32,633 nt of DNA from a virus. Made by a program: the position numbers and the translations under genes. The stretch lies in IMG/VR virus record IMGVR_UViG_3300023237_000003. One strand, written 5' to 3'. Below the pieces are notes generated by a model, which saw nothing but the letters and a program-made list of their open reading frames with translations, made no database searches and was not told the origin of the DNA. Shown one piece after another: positions 7,563-17,036 of the stretch (the stretch's first letter is position 1; every line of letters begins with the position of its first letter).

Positions 7563-8960
7563 ATGGGTACTACAGTTGGCTTAAACCCAAGCAGCATGGT
7601 ATACAACTCAAATACTGGGACTTACCAAAGTGCGGGTAGCCTTTATGGGAATGTGTCTGCTGCCGGTGGCTTCGATCAGTCCGAGATAGACTTTGTTACC
7701 AACCTAATAAACTCTGGGCAAATGTCAATTGCGGATGTAGCCCGAGAGTTTGGCTTACCTGAAAGCGCAGTTGCTTCTGCGTATGCGGCTAATTTGCCTG
7801 CTCCGGAATCTATTTATGACAATCTTGATATAAATAGTGTTTATCTTGCGCCTAGTGAAACTAGCGGCGATTTATACCCCGAGGACGATTTTGTTAACAT
7901 AGATGAGTCCGGCCGGGACTTTGAAGCACAAGTATTTGAAAAGGGAGACTCAGATGTATTTCAGTCAGACCAGGGTGGATCGCGTTACTACGGTGACACC
8001 TCTGCCCCTAGTTCTGCGCAAGACATGTTTAATCAAACATATGCAGAGGCAATGGCTAACGAAAAGTTAGCTGCCGATCTAGAAACTCAAGATGTTCCAT
8101 CATTTGTGTCTAGCGAAGACTACTTTGCGCAAATGGGCGATACATTAACATCGCTTGGACTTCCTTCTACCGCTGCAGAGTATGAAAACATTAATGAAAA
8201 CGCCTTACTTACCCCTGACCTGTATCCTAACCTAGATCCGGAAACAATTGTTACTGACGACCCCGAAACAGAGTGGGAAAAAGTAGACAAGACCAAAGAC
8301 CTCGCGTCTATCTTTGAAGATGCGCTAGACATATTTGGAGCGTATGACCGCAACAGTATTCGTAAGGTTGTTGACATAGTAAATGATCGAGGAGTCTCTG
8401 CTCAAGAAGTAGCTACGATCACAGGTAATACTGTAGAAAGCATTAACCAAGCAGCGGCACAGTCAGACACAGCAATCAACAACCAAGGCACAGCAGGTGA
8501 TGGTGCGGGAGATACTGGCACAGGTGATACTGGCGATGTATTCAACGAGGCAACTGACCCTCTTAACACAGGAGCAGTCTTGACCAATGGCGGGGCAGTT
8601 ACCAATAATGACACGGTCATTAATAATGGTGAATTGGAAAACGATGATGACGGGTTAGACGACACAGTTGTAGACGACACAGTGGTAGACGACACAGTTA
8701 TAACTGACGATACTCCGGTTATCCCTGTCTTAGATACTCCGGTTATTGCTGAAGACCCCAATGTTATTGTTAACGACACGCCTATTTTGCCAACAATTAT
8801 GCAGCCAACCCCAAAACCAACCACTAACATTTCGTTGTTTCAGTCTATCCAAAATACCCCTGTTACTGACTCGCTCTTCTTTGAGCCAAAGTTTACAGAG
8901 CTAGACAACATTCCTGTCGGGATGTTCGAGCGATTCTTGCAAGCCACTGGAGGCAGGTAG
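7563..8960 (+). CDS. Acidic Asp/Thr/Val-rich protein, function unknown (possible virion protein)
   Basis: 465 aa and strongly acidic. Contains three 15-nt tandem repeats (8656-8700) encoding DDTVV DDTVV DDTVI, followed by TPVIPVLDTPVIAEDP. Its stop abuts the next start. Confidence 0.55.
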   Translation: MGTTVGLNPSSMVYNSNTGTYQSAGSLYGNVSAAGGFDQSEIDFVTNLINSGQMSIADVAREFGLPESAVASAYAANLPAPESIYDNLDINSVYLAPSETSGDLYPEDDFVNIDESGRDFEAQVFEKGDSDVFQSDQGGSRYYGDTSAPSSAQDMFNQTYAEAMANEKLAADLETQDVPSFVSSEDYFAQMGDTLTSLGLPSTAAEYENINENALLTPDLYPNLDPETIVTDDPETEWEKVDKTKDLASIFEDALDIFGAYDRNSIRKVVDIVNDRGVSAQEVATITGNTVESINQAAAQSDTAINNQGTAGDGAGDTGTGDTGDVFNEATDPLNTGAVLTNGGAVTNNDTVINNGELENDDDGLDDTVVDDTVVDDTVITDDTPVIPVLDTPVIAEDPNVIVNDTPILPTIMQPTPKPTTNISLFQSIQNTPVTDSLFFEPKFTELDNIPVGMFERFLQATGGR

Positions 8961-9608
8961 ATGACATACTTAGAAGCAATTAACAACGTCCTCCGCAGGT
9001 TAAGAGAAGATGAAGTATCAACCACTAGCGAGACTTCTTACTCTGCTTTGATAGGCGACCTAATTAATGACGCGAAAAAACTAGTAGAAGATTCGTGGAC
9101 ATTTTCCTCACTGCGAAGCACTATCCAAGTTGCTACGGTCGTAGGTCAGGCAGAGTATTCGCTTACTGGCTCAGGGCAGAGTGCAGTGATTAAGCAAGCA
9201 ATGAGCAGCAGCGGTCACGGATTCTTGACGCTAAACACTGTGCCGTATTTTGATAACGTATACTTTAATCAAACTCCCGCGAATGCAGTGCCTACCGACT
9301 ACATTGTCAGTGGAGTAGATGATAATGATGATCTGAAGGTAAAGGTCTATCCACAACCTGACGCTGTGTACACGCTACGGTTTGATATTGCTGCACCACA
9401 GGCTCTATTAACGGCAGATGCTACCAAGATCAAAGCCCCGTATCATCCTATCGTACAGATGGCCTACGCTATGGCTCTTCGCGAAAGAGGTGAGACAGGT
9501 GGTCAGTCAGCAGCAGAGCAGTTTGCCGTAGCTTCATCAGCATTGTCAGATGCAATTGCCGTAGACGCTAACAGATACCCCTTAGAAACAACTTACATGG
9601 TGGTGTAG
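8961..9608 (+). CDS. Tail tubular protein A / adaptor (T7 gp11-like)
   Basis: 215 aa. The N-terminus YLEAINNVLRRLREDEVSTTSE..LINDAKKLVEDSWTFSSL parallels the T7 gp11 opening (..[28 protein letters not shown]). Size and position ahead of a larger tail protein also fit. Confidence 0.55.
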   Translation: MTYLEAINNVLRRLREDEVSTTSETSYSALIGDLINDAKKLVEDSWTFSSLRSTIQVATVVGQAEYSLTGSGQSAVIKQAMSSSGHGFLTLNTVPYFDNVYFNQTPANAVPTDYIVSGVDDNDDLKVKVYPQPDAVYTLRFDIAAPQALLTADATKIKAPYHPIVQMAYAMALRERGETGGQSAAEQFAVASSALSDAIAVDANRYPLETTYMVV

Positions 9609-11138
9609 ATGGCTCAACAATTACAAAGCATTACCATTACAGCTCCAGGATTTGCGGGCATTAACACCCAAGACGCACCTCTCGCGCAAGAGCCTAGCTT
9701 TTCTGCTGTTGCAGACAACTGTGTCATTGATAAAGAGGGCAGGATAGCCGCGAGGAAGGGCTACAGCATGGTGTCTACTAACGGAGCTGCGGTACTAGGC
9801 AGCTCTGACGGCATTGAGTCTATGGGCGAGTTTGTTGCTAATGACGGAGATGCCCTTTTCTTCTCGGCAGGTAACAACAAAGTATTCTCAGGCACAACAA
9901 CCCTGACTGACCTGACCCCTGCGGGATATGCTATTACCGCTAACAATTGGAAGATGGTCAACTTCAACGACTCAATGTACTTCTTTCAGCGTGGATACGA
10001 GCCGTTAGTTTACAAAGACAGCACTAGCACTTTCGATCCTATGTCAGACCACGGACACGCTACAGGCACACCACCGGAAGGCAATGAATGCCTTGCTGCG
10101 TTTGGTCGGTTGTGGGTGGCAGACTTTACAGACAATAAGTCTACGATCTACTGGTCTGATCTACTTAACGGCGCACACTGGACAGGAGGTTCTACAGGCT
10201 CGATAGACATAACTACGGTTTGGCCTACAGGATACGATACAATCGTTGCCCTTGCAGCTCACAATGGATTCCTAGTGATCTTCGGCAGGAACTCTATCGT
10301 CTTGTATTCAGGAGCGGAAAGCCCCGCTAATATGACCCTCGCGGATACCATATCTAATGTGGGTTGTGTGTCGCGAGATGCAGTGGTATCTACTGGTAAA
10401 GACCTTATCTTTCTTGATGACTCTGGGGTCAGAAGCCTAGCAAGAACTATTCAAGAGAAATCAGCCCCTATTGGTGACATCTCTAAGAACGTCAACAACG
10501 ACATTAAGTCTCTCTTCGCGGCAGAAACAGGTAACATTAGCATGCACTACTCTCCTCGCGAGGCGTTTGTGTTACTAAACTTCCCAGAGCTTGCTGTAGT
10601 ATACTGCTTTGACACACGCTTCCCCTTACAAGATGGTAGCTTTAGGGCTACGACATGGTCTCATCTCAATCCCTTGTCCTTCGCGACTACTTCTACTGAG
10701 GCTTTGTATCTTGGAAACAGTGAAGGGATAGCCCAGTACACAGGGTTCTTAGATGGTACGACCAGTTATCTTTTGAGTTATTTCAGTCATCCGTTAAGTT
10801 TTGGCGACACATCAAACCTAAAGTTTCTCAAGAAGATTAACTTAACTACGTTTGACGGGGCTGAGGCTACGGTAGTTTTGAACTGGGCATACGATTACTC
10901 TGGTGCTTACAAGAAACAAGCCTATACTTTGCCTCAATCAAATGTGGGACAATACAACATCTCAGAATTTAACACGGAAGCAGAGTACTCATCTTCGATT
11001 GCTCTGATTACACGCAAGAAAATCAATACGTCAGGGCAGGGTACGGTAGTAGCTGTGGGCGTAGAGACAACAGTTGAGGGCAAGACTATTGCCTTGCAAG
11101 AAATCAATATTCAAGCCCTCATGGGAAGGATTGTGTAA
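9609..11138 (+). CDS. Tail tubular protein B / nozzle-like structural protein
   Basis: 509 aa, beta-rich. It is translationally coupled to the adaptor-like gene and sits where T7 gp12 would. The call rests on position and size, not on a motif. Confidence 0.45.
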   Translation: MAQQLQSITITAPGFAGINTQDAPLAQEPSFSAVADNCVIDKEGRIAARKGYSMVSTNGAAVLGSSDGIESMGEFVANDGDALFFSAGNNKVFSGTTTLTDLTPAGYAITANNWKMVNFNDSMYFFQRGYEPLVYKDSTSTFDPMSDHGHATGTPPEGNECLAAFGRLWVADFTDNKSTIYWSDLLNGAHWTGGSTGSIDITTVWPTGYDTIVALAAHNGFLVIFGRNSIVLYSGAESPANMTLADTISNVGCVSRDAVVSTGKDLIFLDDSGVRSLARTIQEKSAPIGDISKNVNNDIKSLFAAETGNISMHYSPREAFVLLNFPELAVVYCFDTRFPLQDGSFRATTWSHLNPLSFATTSTEALYLGNSEGIAQYTGFLDGTTSYLLSYFSHPLSFGDTSNLKFLKKINLTTFDGAEATVVLNWAYDYSGAYKKQAYTLPQSNVGQYNISEFNTEAEYSSSIALITRKKINTSGQGTVVAVGVETTVEGKTIALQEINIQALMGRIV

Positions 11139-11371
11139 TGTCTAACTACACGAAGATAACAAACTTTGCAGCAAAAGATGCAATGGTTAGCGGTAACCCC
11201 GCTAAGGTCATCAAAGGGTCAGAAGTAGGCGCTGAGTACGATGCAGTCTCGGTTGCAGTAAACAGCAAGTCAAACTCTGAGTCACCCACATTCACAGGAA
11301 CAGTAACCGCAGCTAACCTCAGCGTTAGTGGTACGTCTACGTTCGGTACTATTGATGGAGGTACTTACTAA
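11138..11371 (+). CDS. Small fiber-like structural protein
   Basis: 77 aa. ITNFAAKDAMVSGNPAKVIKGSEVGAEYDAVSVAVNSK..PTFTGTVTAANLSVSG resembles N-terminal segments of marine podovirus fiber or appendage proteins. TAATG overlaps on both sides. Confidence 0.5.
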   Translation: MSNYTKITNFAAKDAMVSGNPAKVIKGSEVGAEYDAVSVAVNSKSNSESPTFTGTVTAANLSVSGTSTFGTIDGGTY

Positions 11372-12408
11372 TGGCTTGGTATGATAATTTATTTGGCGGT
11401 ACTACGGGTGGCTTGCTATCTTCTATAGGTGGCGCAGCCGCTCAACAGAAAGCAATCAGCGACATTGAAAAAGCAGGTGAGCGTGACGTAAGAACGGTCT
11501 ACGGCAACATGATGCCCGACCCTACTAGCGGTGGATTGATGGGCGAGATAGGTCGTCAGTCTACATTTAAACCCTTCGGCGTTACCACTCCTACTGGTGC
11601 AAGGGCTACGTTTGGCTCTACTGGCAACCTAGATACAATGCTCAGTCCTACCGAACAAGCTCTACAAGAGCAGATGTTAGGCTTTGGTACTCGCGCATTT
11701 GGATTCTTAGATGATCCTGCTGCACGAGAAGCAGAGCAAGGCGAGATTATCCGCATGCTGACGCAAGACCCTACGCAAAGAGGTGCGCGAGAGCAGGAAA
11801 TAATGGGCAACCTAACAGCCCTGCAAGCACCTGAGCAGGAACGTCAGCGCCTAGCCCTTGAAGAGCGTCTATTTGGTCAAGGAAGGACGGGTGTACAGAC
11901 CAGTATGTTTGGTGGGACACCTGAGCAACTAACCCTGGAGAAGGCCATACAAGAGCAGCAAGCGGGTTCTGCATTAACAGCTATGGAACAGGCTAGAGCA
12001 GAGCAAGCGTTAACCTCGCAGCAAACACTGGCAGGTTTAGGGGAAACACGAGGTCGGTTTGATTTGTTGGGTCAGCTAGGGCTACAGTCTCTCCCTGCTG
12101 CTTACCAAGGCCAGAACCAACTCCTCGCGACTCTATCTCCTGCATTGCAAGCATCACAGATTGGTGCGGGTCTACAGTCTACCGGCTTAGGCATAGGCGC
12201 AGGACTGGCAGAGTCTACTCTTGAGTCGCAGCTTGGTTACTCGGCACTTGCTAATGCGCTACGTCAGCAGCAGTTCCAAGGTCTGTTTGATCTGCTTAAG
12301 GGTGAGCAAGCCGCCAAAACACCGCAAGCGCAAGATGGCTCTGCTTTAATGCAAGCCTTGTTTGAGCTAGGTGTTGGTAACAACAATCCCAACCCAACGG
12401 GAACATAG
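11371..12408 (+). CDS. Internal virion (core/ejection) protein candidate, Gln/Gly/Leu-rich
   Basis: 345 aa, low-complexity and Q/G/A/L-rich. It sits where the T7 gp13/14-like genes follow the nozzle. Confidence 0.45.
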   Translation: MAWYDNLFGGTTGGLLSSIGGAAAQQKAISDIEKAGERDVRTVYGNMMPDPTSGGLMGEIGRQSTFKPFGVTTPTGARATFGSTGNLDTMLSPTEQALQEQMLGFGTRAFGFLDDPAAREAEQGEIIRMLTQDPTQRGAREQEIMGNLTALQAPEQERQRLALEERLFGQGRTGVQTSMFGGTPEQLTLEKAIQEQQAGSALTAMEQARAEQALTSQQTLAGLGETRGRFDLLGQLGLQSLPAAYQGQNQLLATLSPALQASQIGAGLQSTGLGIGAGLAESTLESQLGYSALANALRQQQFQGLFDLLKGEQAAKTPQAQDGSALMQALFELGVGNNNPNPTGT

Positions 12409-12418
12409 GAGTTAAACA

Positions 12419-13708
12419 ATGCCTATTAATATAAGCACACTCTTCGCGGATATCATTGACACTCCCGAACAGCGTCAGCAGAAACTACTACAGCAAGGCA
12501 TGGCTCAAGGTCAGCTACTAGCATCAGGTCTGACAGGAAGAGCTAGAGCATTAGCCCCTCTTGCCCAGATGGCAGGTCAGCTAGGCGTACAGCGTAACGA
12601 AGACTTGCGCCGTGCGGTACAGCCTATGCTTGGGATCGATCCAAGGACTACGGGTGAGAAGCTGCAAGAAGCGTTAAGCAAAGTAGACACTTCTACTCCT
12701 GCGGGAATGTTACAAGCAGCAAACATGGTTCAGTCTATAGACCCGCTTCGCGCTGCTACCCTGCGTCAAGAAGCCGCGAGACTAAGAACTGAAGCAGAAG
12801 ACAGAGACCTTACTCGCAGAACGCAAGAAGCAAGTCTGAGAACTTCTGGATTGCAAGAAGCAAGTGCTGCTTTGCAAATCTCCGAAAGAGGTCAGGCTGT
12901 TATTGATGCGCAGAACTACAGAACAAACTTGCCTACATTAGCAACGGCAGTTAGAAAGCTCGGCACGGAGTACGACGCCATAGCCACTGGTATCGAGAGT
13001 GGAGTTCTTGATCCAAAAGACGGAATGCGTGACGTTGCTTCTATCCAATCCGCACAGTTTAGAGCAACACCTAAAGCAGAATTTAAACCAATCCCCGCAA
13101 ACCAACGCGATGGTTACTTAGAGTTAGCTAGGGAGCGACCAGTATTAAACAAAATGCTTAAAACAAAAGGTTGGTGGGGTGGTGATCCAGACGTAAGCGA
13201 AGCAAGGCTCTTAGAACTTGCGGGAAAATTTAGCTCAATGCCTAGCAACATAAACAAAACTCCAAGCGAAATCTTGGAGTTGGTCGAAGCATCTATTACT
13301 ACCGGTACTGGTGCAGACTTATTAGAAATAGATGTTGAAGAAATGGCGCAAGACATAGCAGGAGAATCTTCATTAAACGACAATCCTGAAGCTGCAGAAG
13401 CAGCGGCTCAAGAGGCTGCTGTTCAATTAGCAGGGACTGCACCTGCTTCTCCTCAGTTCCCTGACACGATTAGTAAAGAGGATGCCGCTAAGTTAGATGA
13501 AGTTCCTGTAGGTTACACACAAATGAGTAGCGGCTTATTAAAACTTACTAATTTAAACGCAGCGGAGCAAAACGTCACAGATCAAAACAATGCAGCGATT
13601 CAAAAGCTAGTGGTCGAAGAGTATCAAAAAATTAAGCCAACAGGCTCTGCGTACAATTCGGCAGCATTTGAGAAAGCTAGACAGAATGTAATGGCTCGTC
13701 AACAATAG
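12419..13708 (+). CDS. Internal virion (core/ejection) protein candidate
   Basis: 429 aa, helical and charged, with AGGAG upstream. Position matches T7 gp15. GC content drops from about nt 13140 onward. Confidence 0.45.
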   Translation: MPINISTLFADIIDTPEQRQQKLLQQGMAQGQLLASGLTGRARALAPLAQMAGQLGVQRNEDLRRAVQPMLGIDPRTTGEKLQEALSKVDTSTPAGMLQAANMVQSIDPLRAATLRQEAARLRTEAEDRDLTRRTQEASLRTSGLQEASAALQISERGQAVIDAQNYRTNLPTLATAVRKLGTEYDAIATGIESGVLDPKDGMRDVASIQSAQFRATPKAEFKPIPANQRDGYLELARERPVLNKMLKTKGWWGGDPDVSEARLLELAGKFSSMPSNINKTPSEILELVEASITTGTGADLLEIDVEEMAQDIAGESSLNDNPEAAEAAAQEAAVQLAGTAPASPQFPDTISKEDAAKLDEVPVGYTQMSSGLLKLTNLNAAEQNVTDQNNAAIQKLVVEEYQKIKPTGSAYNSAAFEKARQNVMARQQ

Positions 13709-13718
13709 TGGTGAACTA

Positions 13719-16511
13719 ATGGCAGATTTATCTACACTCAGCAAAGCCGACCTTGAGCTTATCGCTGCTAAAAAGTTTGATGAGATATCTCCCGAAGCGC
13801 AAGCAGTATTAAATATGAGCTTCCCATCAAAAGAGCCATCTGTATTTGATAAGTTTGCTTATGCTTACGAATCTGCTGACACAGATATTGGAAACGCTTT
13901 AACATATATTGCAAGCGAATTTCCAATGGGGAAGATTGGCATTAACCTTCGCGAAGGTCTGACTTATACGCCGCCAGAAGAAATTTATGGCAAGCAATAC
14001 ATGAACTCTTCGCCCGATGTTAGGCGACGGGTAATGGAGCGCACAAAAGAAATTCAGCTCCAACAAAAATATCCTGAAGCATCTCAGCAAGAAGGCATGG
14101 GAGGTGCGGCAGGTATTACGGGTACGATTATTGGCTCTTTAATGAGTCCTACTACTTTGATCCCTATATCTAAGGCTTATCAAGGATACAAGGGTTTGGC
14201 TGTTGTAGGCGCTGCATTTGGCGCAGAGTACAGCGCGTTAGAGCAGCTTGCTAAAACCGGAGAAATAAATCCACAGGAGCTTGCATCTGCTGCTGCGCTT
14301 GGAGCAATTGCTACTCCTGCGACATCAGCTTTAATTAAAACGCTTACCCCTGCTACGCGAAAGGCATTGATTAAACGCAATTCGCCAGAAGCAAAAACAA
14401 AAGCAGACAAACAGTTTGATGACATTGAAGAAATTGTGTTTGAACAAAGAGCCGCAGGGGTAGAAAACTTAGATGAAATAAATACAACCGTTCAAAATAG
14501 ATTAGGCATTGATCAATCACAGCTTGATGAAATATTAATCTTGTCTGACAGAAAGCTACAAGTTCCGTCAGTTGAGAATGCCAATATGGTTATTGAGGCG
14601 CGAGCAGCAAACATTGCGCCATCAGCAGCAGCGGGAATGTCTAAAACAGCAGAGAATTTTTTAGGCGTTATATCTACAGGCGTCAAAAACATTAGCCCTA
14701 AAGCGCATTCATTGCTTGTTAAAACTGATTACAATATTGCAACCGAATCTTCTAAATATTTAGAGCAAGTTAAACCCCTGACTCAAGTGCTAGACAAAAT
14801 GAGCAAGACTGACGCTCGCTCTGTGGCAAGAGATTTAGCCAACGGTGAGTTTGATAACGCTGTGTCTAAGATGAGTAGGTACGATACCAATAGCTCAGAT
14901 TACATGAAAGCTGCCAGAGAAACGCTAGAGGATATTCACAAAAGATTAACCAAAGAAGCAGGGTATGAAGACCTTGGTTATGTGGAAAATTATTTCCCAC
15001 GCCAATTAAAAGATTACAAAGAGTTTCTTAAATCCATTAACGCTACAGACAAGAGCCAAATTGATCGAGCCTTCGCGGCAAAAGCAAAATCACTAGGGCT
15101 AAAATCAGCAGACGACCTTGGTTCTGGTGATAGAGTTGATATTATTAATCAAGTCATGCGCGGAAGAAAGCCAATTGTGGTGGACGCAAAGCCCGGATTT
15201 ACTGGGAAAAGAGCTGTAGGCAAAATTGACGATAGGCTTATAGAGCAATACCAAGACCCGAAGACAGCATTAAATTCTTACATCATGAAATCGGTTAACG
15301 ATCTGCACAAAAGAAAGTTTTTTGGCAGAGGCTCTACTGTAAAAGATACAGGCGTTCAAGAAATCAACCTTGCAAATTCTATTGGCGGATACTTGGATGA
15401 CGCTGTTGCTAAAGGCGAGATGGCTGCTGATGACATGGGCAGAATGGCAGAACTTCTTGAGGCAAGGTTTGGTTTAGGCGAAGCCAGTGCAAACAAAATC
15501 AATCAAATGTTTAGAAATATAGGCTACCTCACCACCCTTGGTAATCCGTTTTCTGCTTTAACACAGATTGGCGATATTGGAATGTCTGCTTATATAAATG
15601 GATTTAAACATACAATTTCATCTATGCTTGGAAGAAAAAATGTAGATATTTCTGATCTAGGACTAGACAAGGTGATTGGGCAAGAGCTTGCGACTGTAGG
15701 CAAGACCGCAAAATTGCTAGACAAAACTCTTGGAGCAGTGGGATTTAAGGCCATTGATAAGCTAGGCAAAAACACTCTAATCAATTCATCTTTTAGAAAA
15801 TTTAAAGGCATGTCTAACAGCGCAGACGGAGTAGAGTCATTGCGCAAAAAGTACGGGGTCATGCTTGGTGATGAATTTAAAAACACAATGAGCGATCTTC
15901 GCGCAGGAAACATTACCGAAAATGTAAAGCTAATGTTATTTAACGAGTTGTCAGGCGTACAGCCTATTAGTCTTTCGGAAATGCCGTTAAACTATTTGCG
16001 CAACCCTAACGGAAGAATCTTTTACTCGCTTAAAACATTTGCTATTAAACAGCTAGACGTAATGCGCAGAGATATTGTGCAAGAAATTAAGTCTGGCAAC
16101 AAAGCCGAGGGAGTTAAAAACTTAGTCGCTTACATGACAATTATCCCGATGATGGGAGCAACTGTTGAAGAGGCTAAAGACATGCTCCGAGGACAAGGCG
16201 GTTCGGTCGATGATATACCGGACAACTACATTGACAACTTGTTTAAAGTCTTCGGTGGAAGCCAGTACGTCATGGACAAATATGTTGGCAAAGGCCAGAT
16301 AGGCACTGCGATTGGTGAGATTATTGCTCCTCCTACGGACTGGATTAACTCGATCTCAGAAGACGTTTGGAAGGTTGCTTCTGGCGAGTTTGTAGGTAGC
16401 GACTCCAAGATGATGCGAGAGCTACCTATAATCGGCAAAGTTTGGTACAACTTCTTTGGTGGAGGATTAGAAAAAGCAATGGAGTTCGAGCAAAAGCAGC
16501 GCCTTAACTAA
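13719..16511 (+). CDS. Large internal virion / DNA-ejection protein candidate
   Basis: 930 aa and the last gene of the late arm (T7 gp16 position). It has Gly/Ala-rich hydrophobic helices (GGAAGITGTIIGSLMSPTTLIPI, GLAVVGAAFGAEYSAL, LASAAALGAIATPATSALI). I saw no transglycosylase motif. GC is markedly lower than in upstream genes. Confidence 0.5.
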   Translation: MADLSTLSKADLELIAAKKFDEISPEAQAVLNMSFPSKEPSVFDKFAYAYESADTDIGNALTYIASEFPMGKIGINLREGLTYTPPEEIYGKQYMNSSPDVRRRVMERTKEIQLQQKYPEASQQEGMGGAAGITGTIIGSLMSPTTLIPISKAYQGYKGLAVVGAAFGAEYSALEQLAKTGEINPQELASAAALGAIATPATSALIKTLTPATRKALIKRNSPEAKTKADKQFDDIEEIVFEQRAAGVENLDEINTTVQNRLGIDQSQLDEILILSDRKLQVPSVENANMVIEARAANIAPSAAAGMSKTAENFLGVISTGVKNISPKAHSLLVKTDYNIATESSKYLEQVKPLTQVLDKMSKTDARSVARDLANGEFDNAVSKMSRYDTNSSDYMKAARETLEDIHKRLTKEAGYEDLGYVENYFPRQLKDYKEFLKSINATDKSQIDRAFAAKAKSLGLKSADDLGSGDRVDIINQVMRGRKPIVVDAKPGFTGKRAVGKIDDRLIEQYQDPKTALNSYIMKSVNDLHKRKFFGRGSTVKDTGVQEINLANSIGGYLDDAVAKGEMAADDMGRMAELLEARFGLGEASANKINQMFRNIGYLTTLGNPFSALTQIGDIGMSAYINGFKHTISSMLGRKNVDISDLGLDKVIGQELATVGKTAKLLDKTLGAVGFKAIDKLGKNTLINSSFRKFKGMSNSADGVESLRKKYGVMLGDEFKNTMSDLRAGNITENVKLMLFNELSGVQPISLSEMPLNYLRNPNGRIFYSLKTFAIKQLDVMRRDIVQEIKSGNKAEGVKNLVAYMTIIPMMGATVEEAKDMLRGQGGSVDDIPDNYIDNLFKVFGGSQYVMDKYVGKGQIGTAIGEIIAPPTDWINSISEDVWKVASGEFVGSDSKMMRELPIIGKVWYNFFGGGLEKAMEFEQKQRLN

Positions 16512-16759
16512 AACTTAGGGACGCGCCTCTCGCTGAGATGAGCGAGGGGTGCTTCCGTAATCTCGTTCTCAATCAAGAAATCGCAGAAGTGTTTGATCTT
16601 TCGCAGATCCTCAATACCACCCTTGTCTCTCCACCGAGAGATGTACTTGATGATAGCCCCCTCACAGAACTGCATCTCATTCGCGAGGATGTATTCAATA
16701 GGTTGAATCTTTAGCTTCTTGTAATGGTCACCTGCTACCTGATGGTCTGTTGCGCTCAA
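16508..16759 (-). CDS. DUF3310-family phage protein
   Basis: AGDHYKKLKIQPIEYI..EGAIIKYISRWRDKGGIEDLRKIKHFCDFLI matches the DUF3310 pattern (GG.HY..iqpi..i....f..gn.iKYi.R...Kgg.eDL.KA..Y). The start codon is TTG, overlapping the upstream TGA. Its stop overlaps the convergent late-arm stop. Confidence 0.7.
   Translation of the reverse strand: MSATDHQVAGDHYKKLKIQPIEYILANEMQFCEGAIIKYISRWRDKGGIEDLRKIKHFCDFLIENEITEAPLAHLSERRVPKF
16523..16552. terminator. Hairpin at the convergence point of the two arms (bidirectional terminator candidate)
   Basis: GCGCCTCTCGCT (16523-16534), GAGATG loop, AGCGAGGGGTGC (16541-16552): a 12-bp stem with two G-T pairs. It lies 12 nt after the late-arm stop and inside the last codons of the DUF3310 gene. 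U-tracts are weak on both strands. Confidence 0.4.
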
Positions 16760-16977
16760 TGTAGTAACTCCTCGTTGTCGTGTTTGTCTTCAATGAACTG
16801 CATGAAATGCTTCTTTGTAAATTCATTCTTGTTTACGAACTCGGTTAGGTCTTCAAGCATCAACGCTATCGTGCCTATGACATCACGGTCATGACCCTCA
16901 AGGGTTTGTATCATGTCGTTAAGCCAATCGTATGCTTCGTCAGAGGACACCATCTCAATGTATATTTCTTCATCCAT
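16756..16977 (-). CDS. Small highly acidic protein, function unknown
   Basis: 73 aa with about 20 Asp/Glu against about 5 Lys/Arg. ATG with GAGG upstream. Confidence 0.6.
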   Translation of the reverse strand: MDEEIYIEMVSSDEAYDWLNDMIQTLEGHDRDVIGTIALMLEDLTEFVNKNEFTKKHFMQFIEDKHDNEELLH

Positions 16978-17036
16978 TTGAAAACCTCAATTCTGTAGTT
17001 TTACGCCATAAACTTTCAGGAGACTGAGTTTAACCC

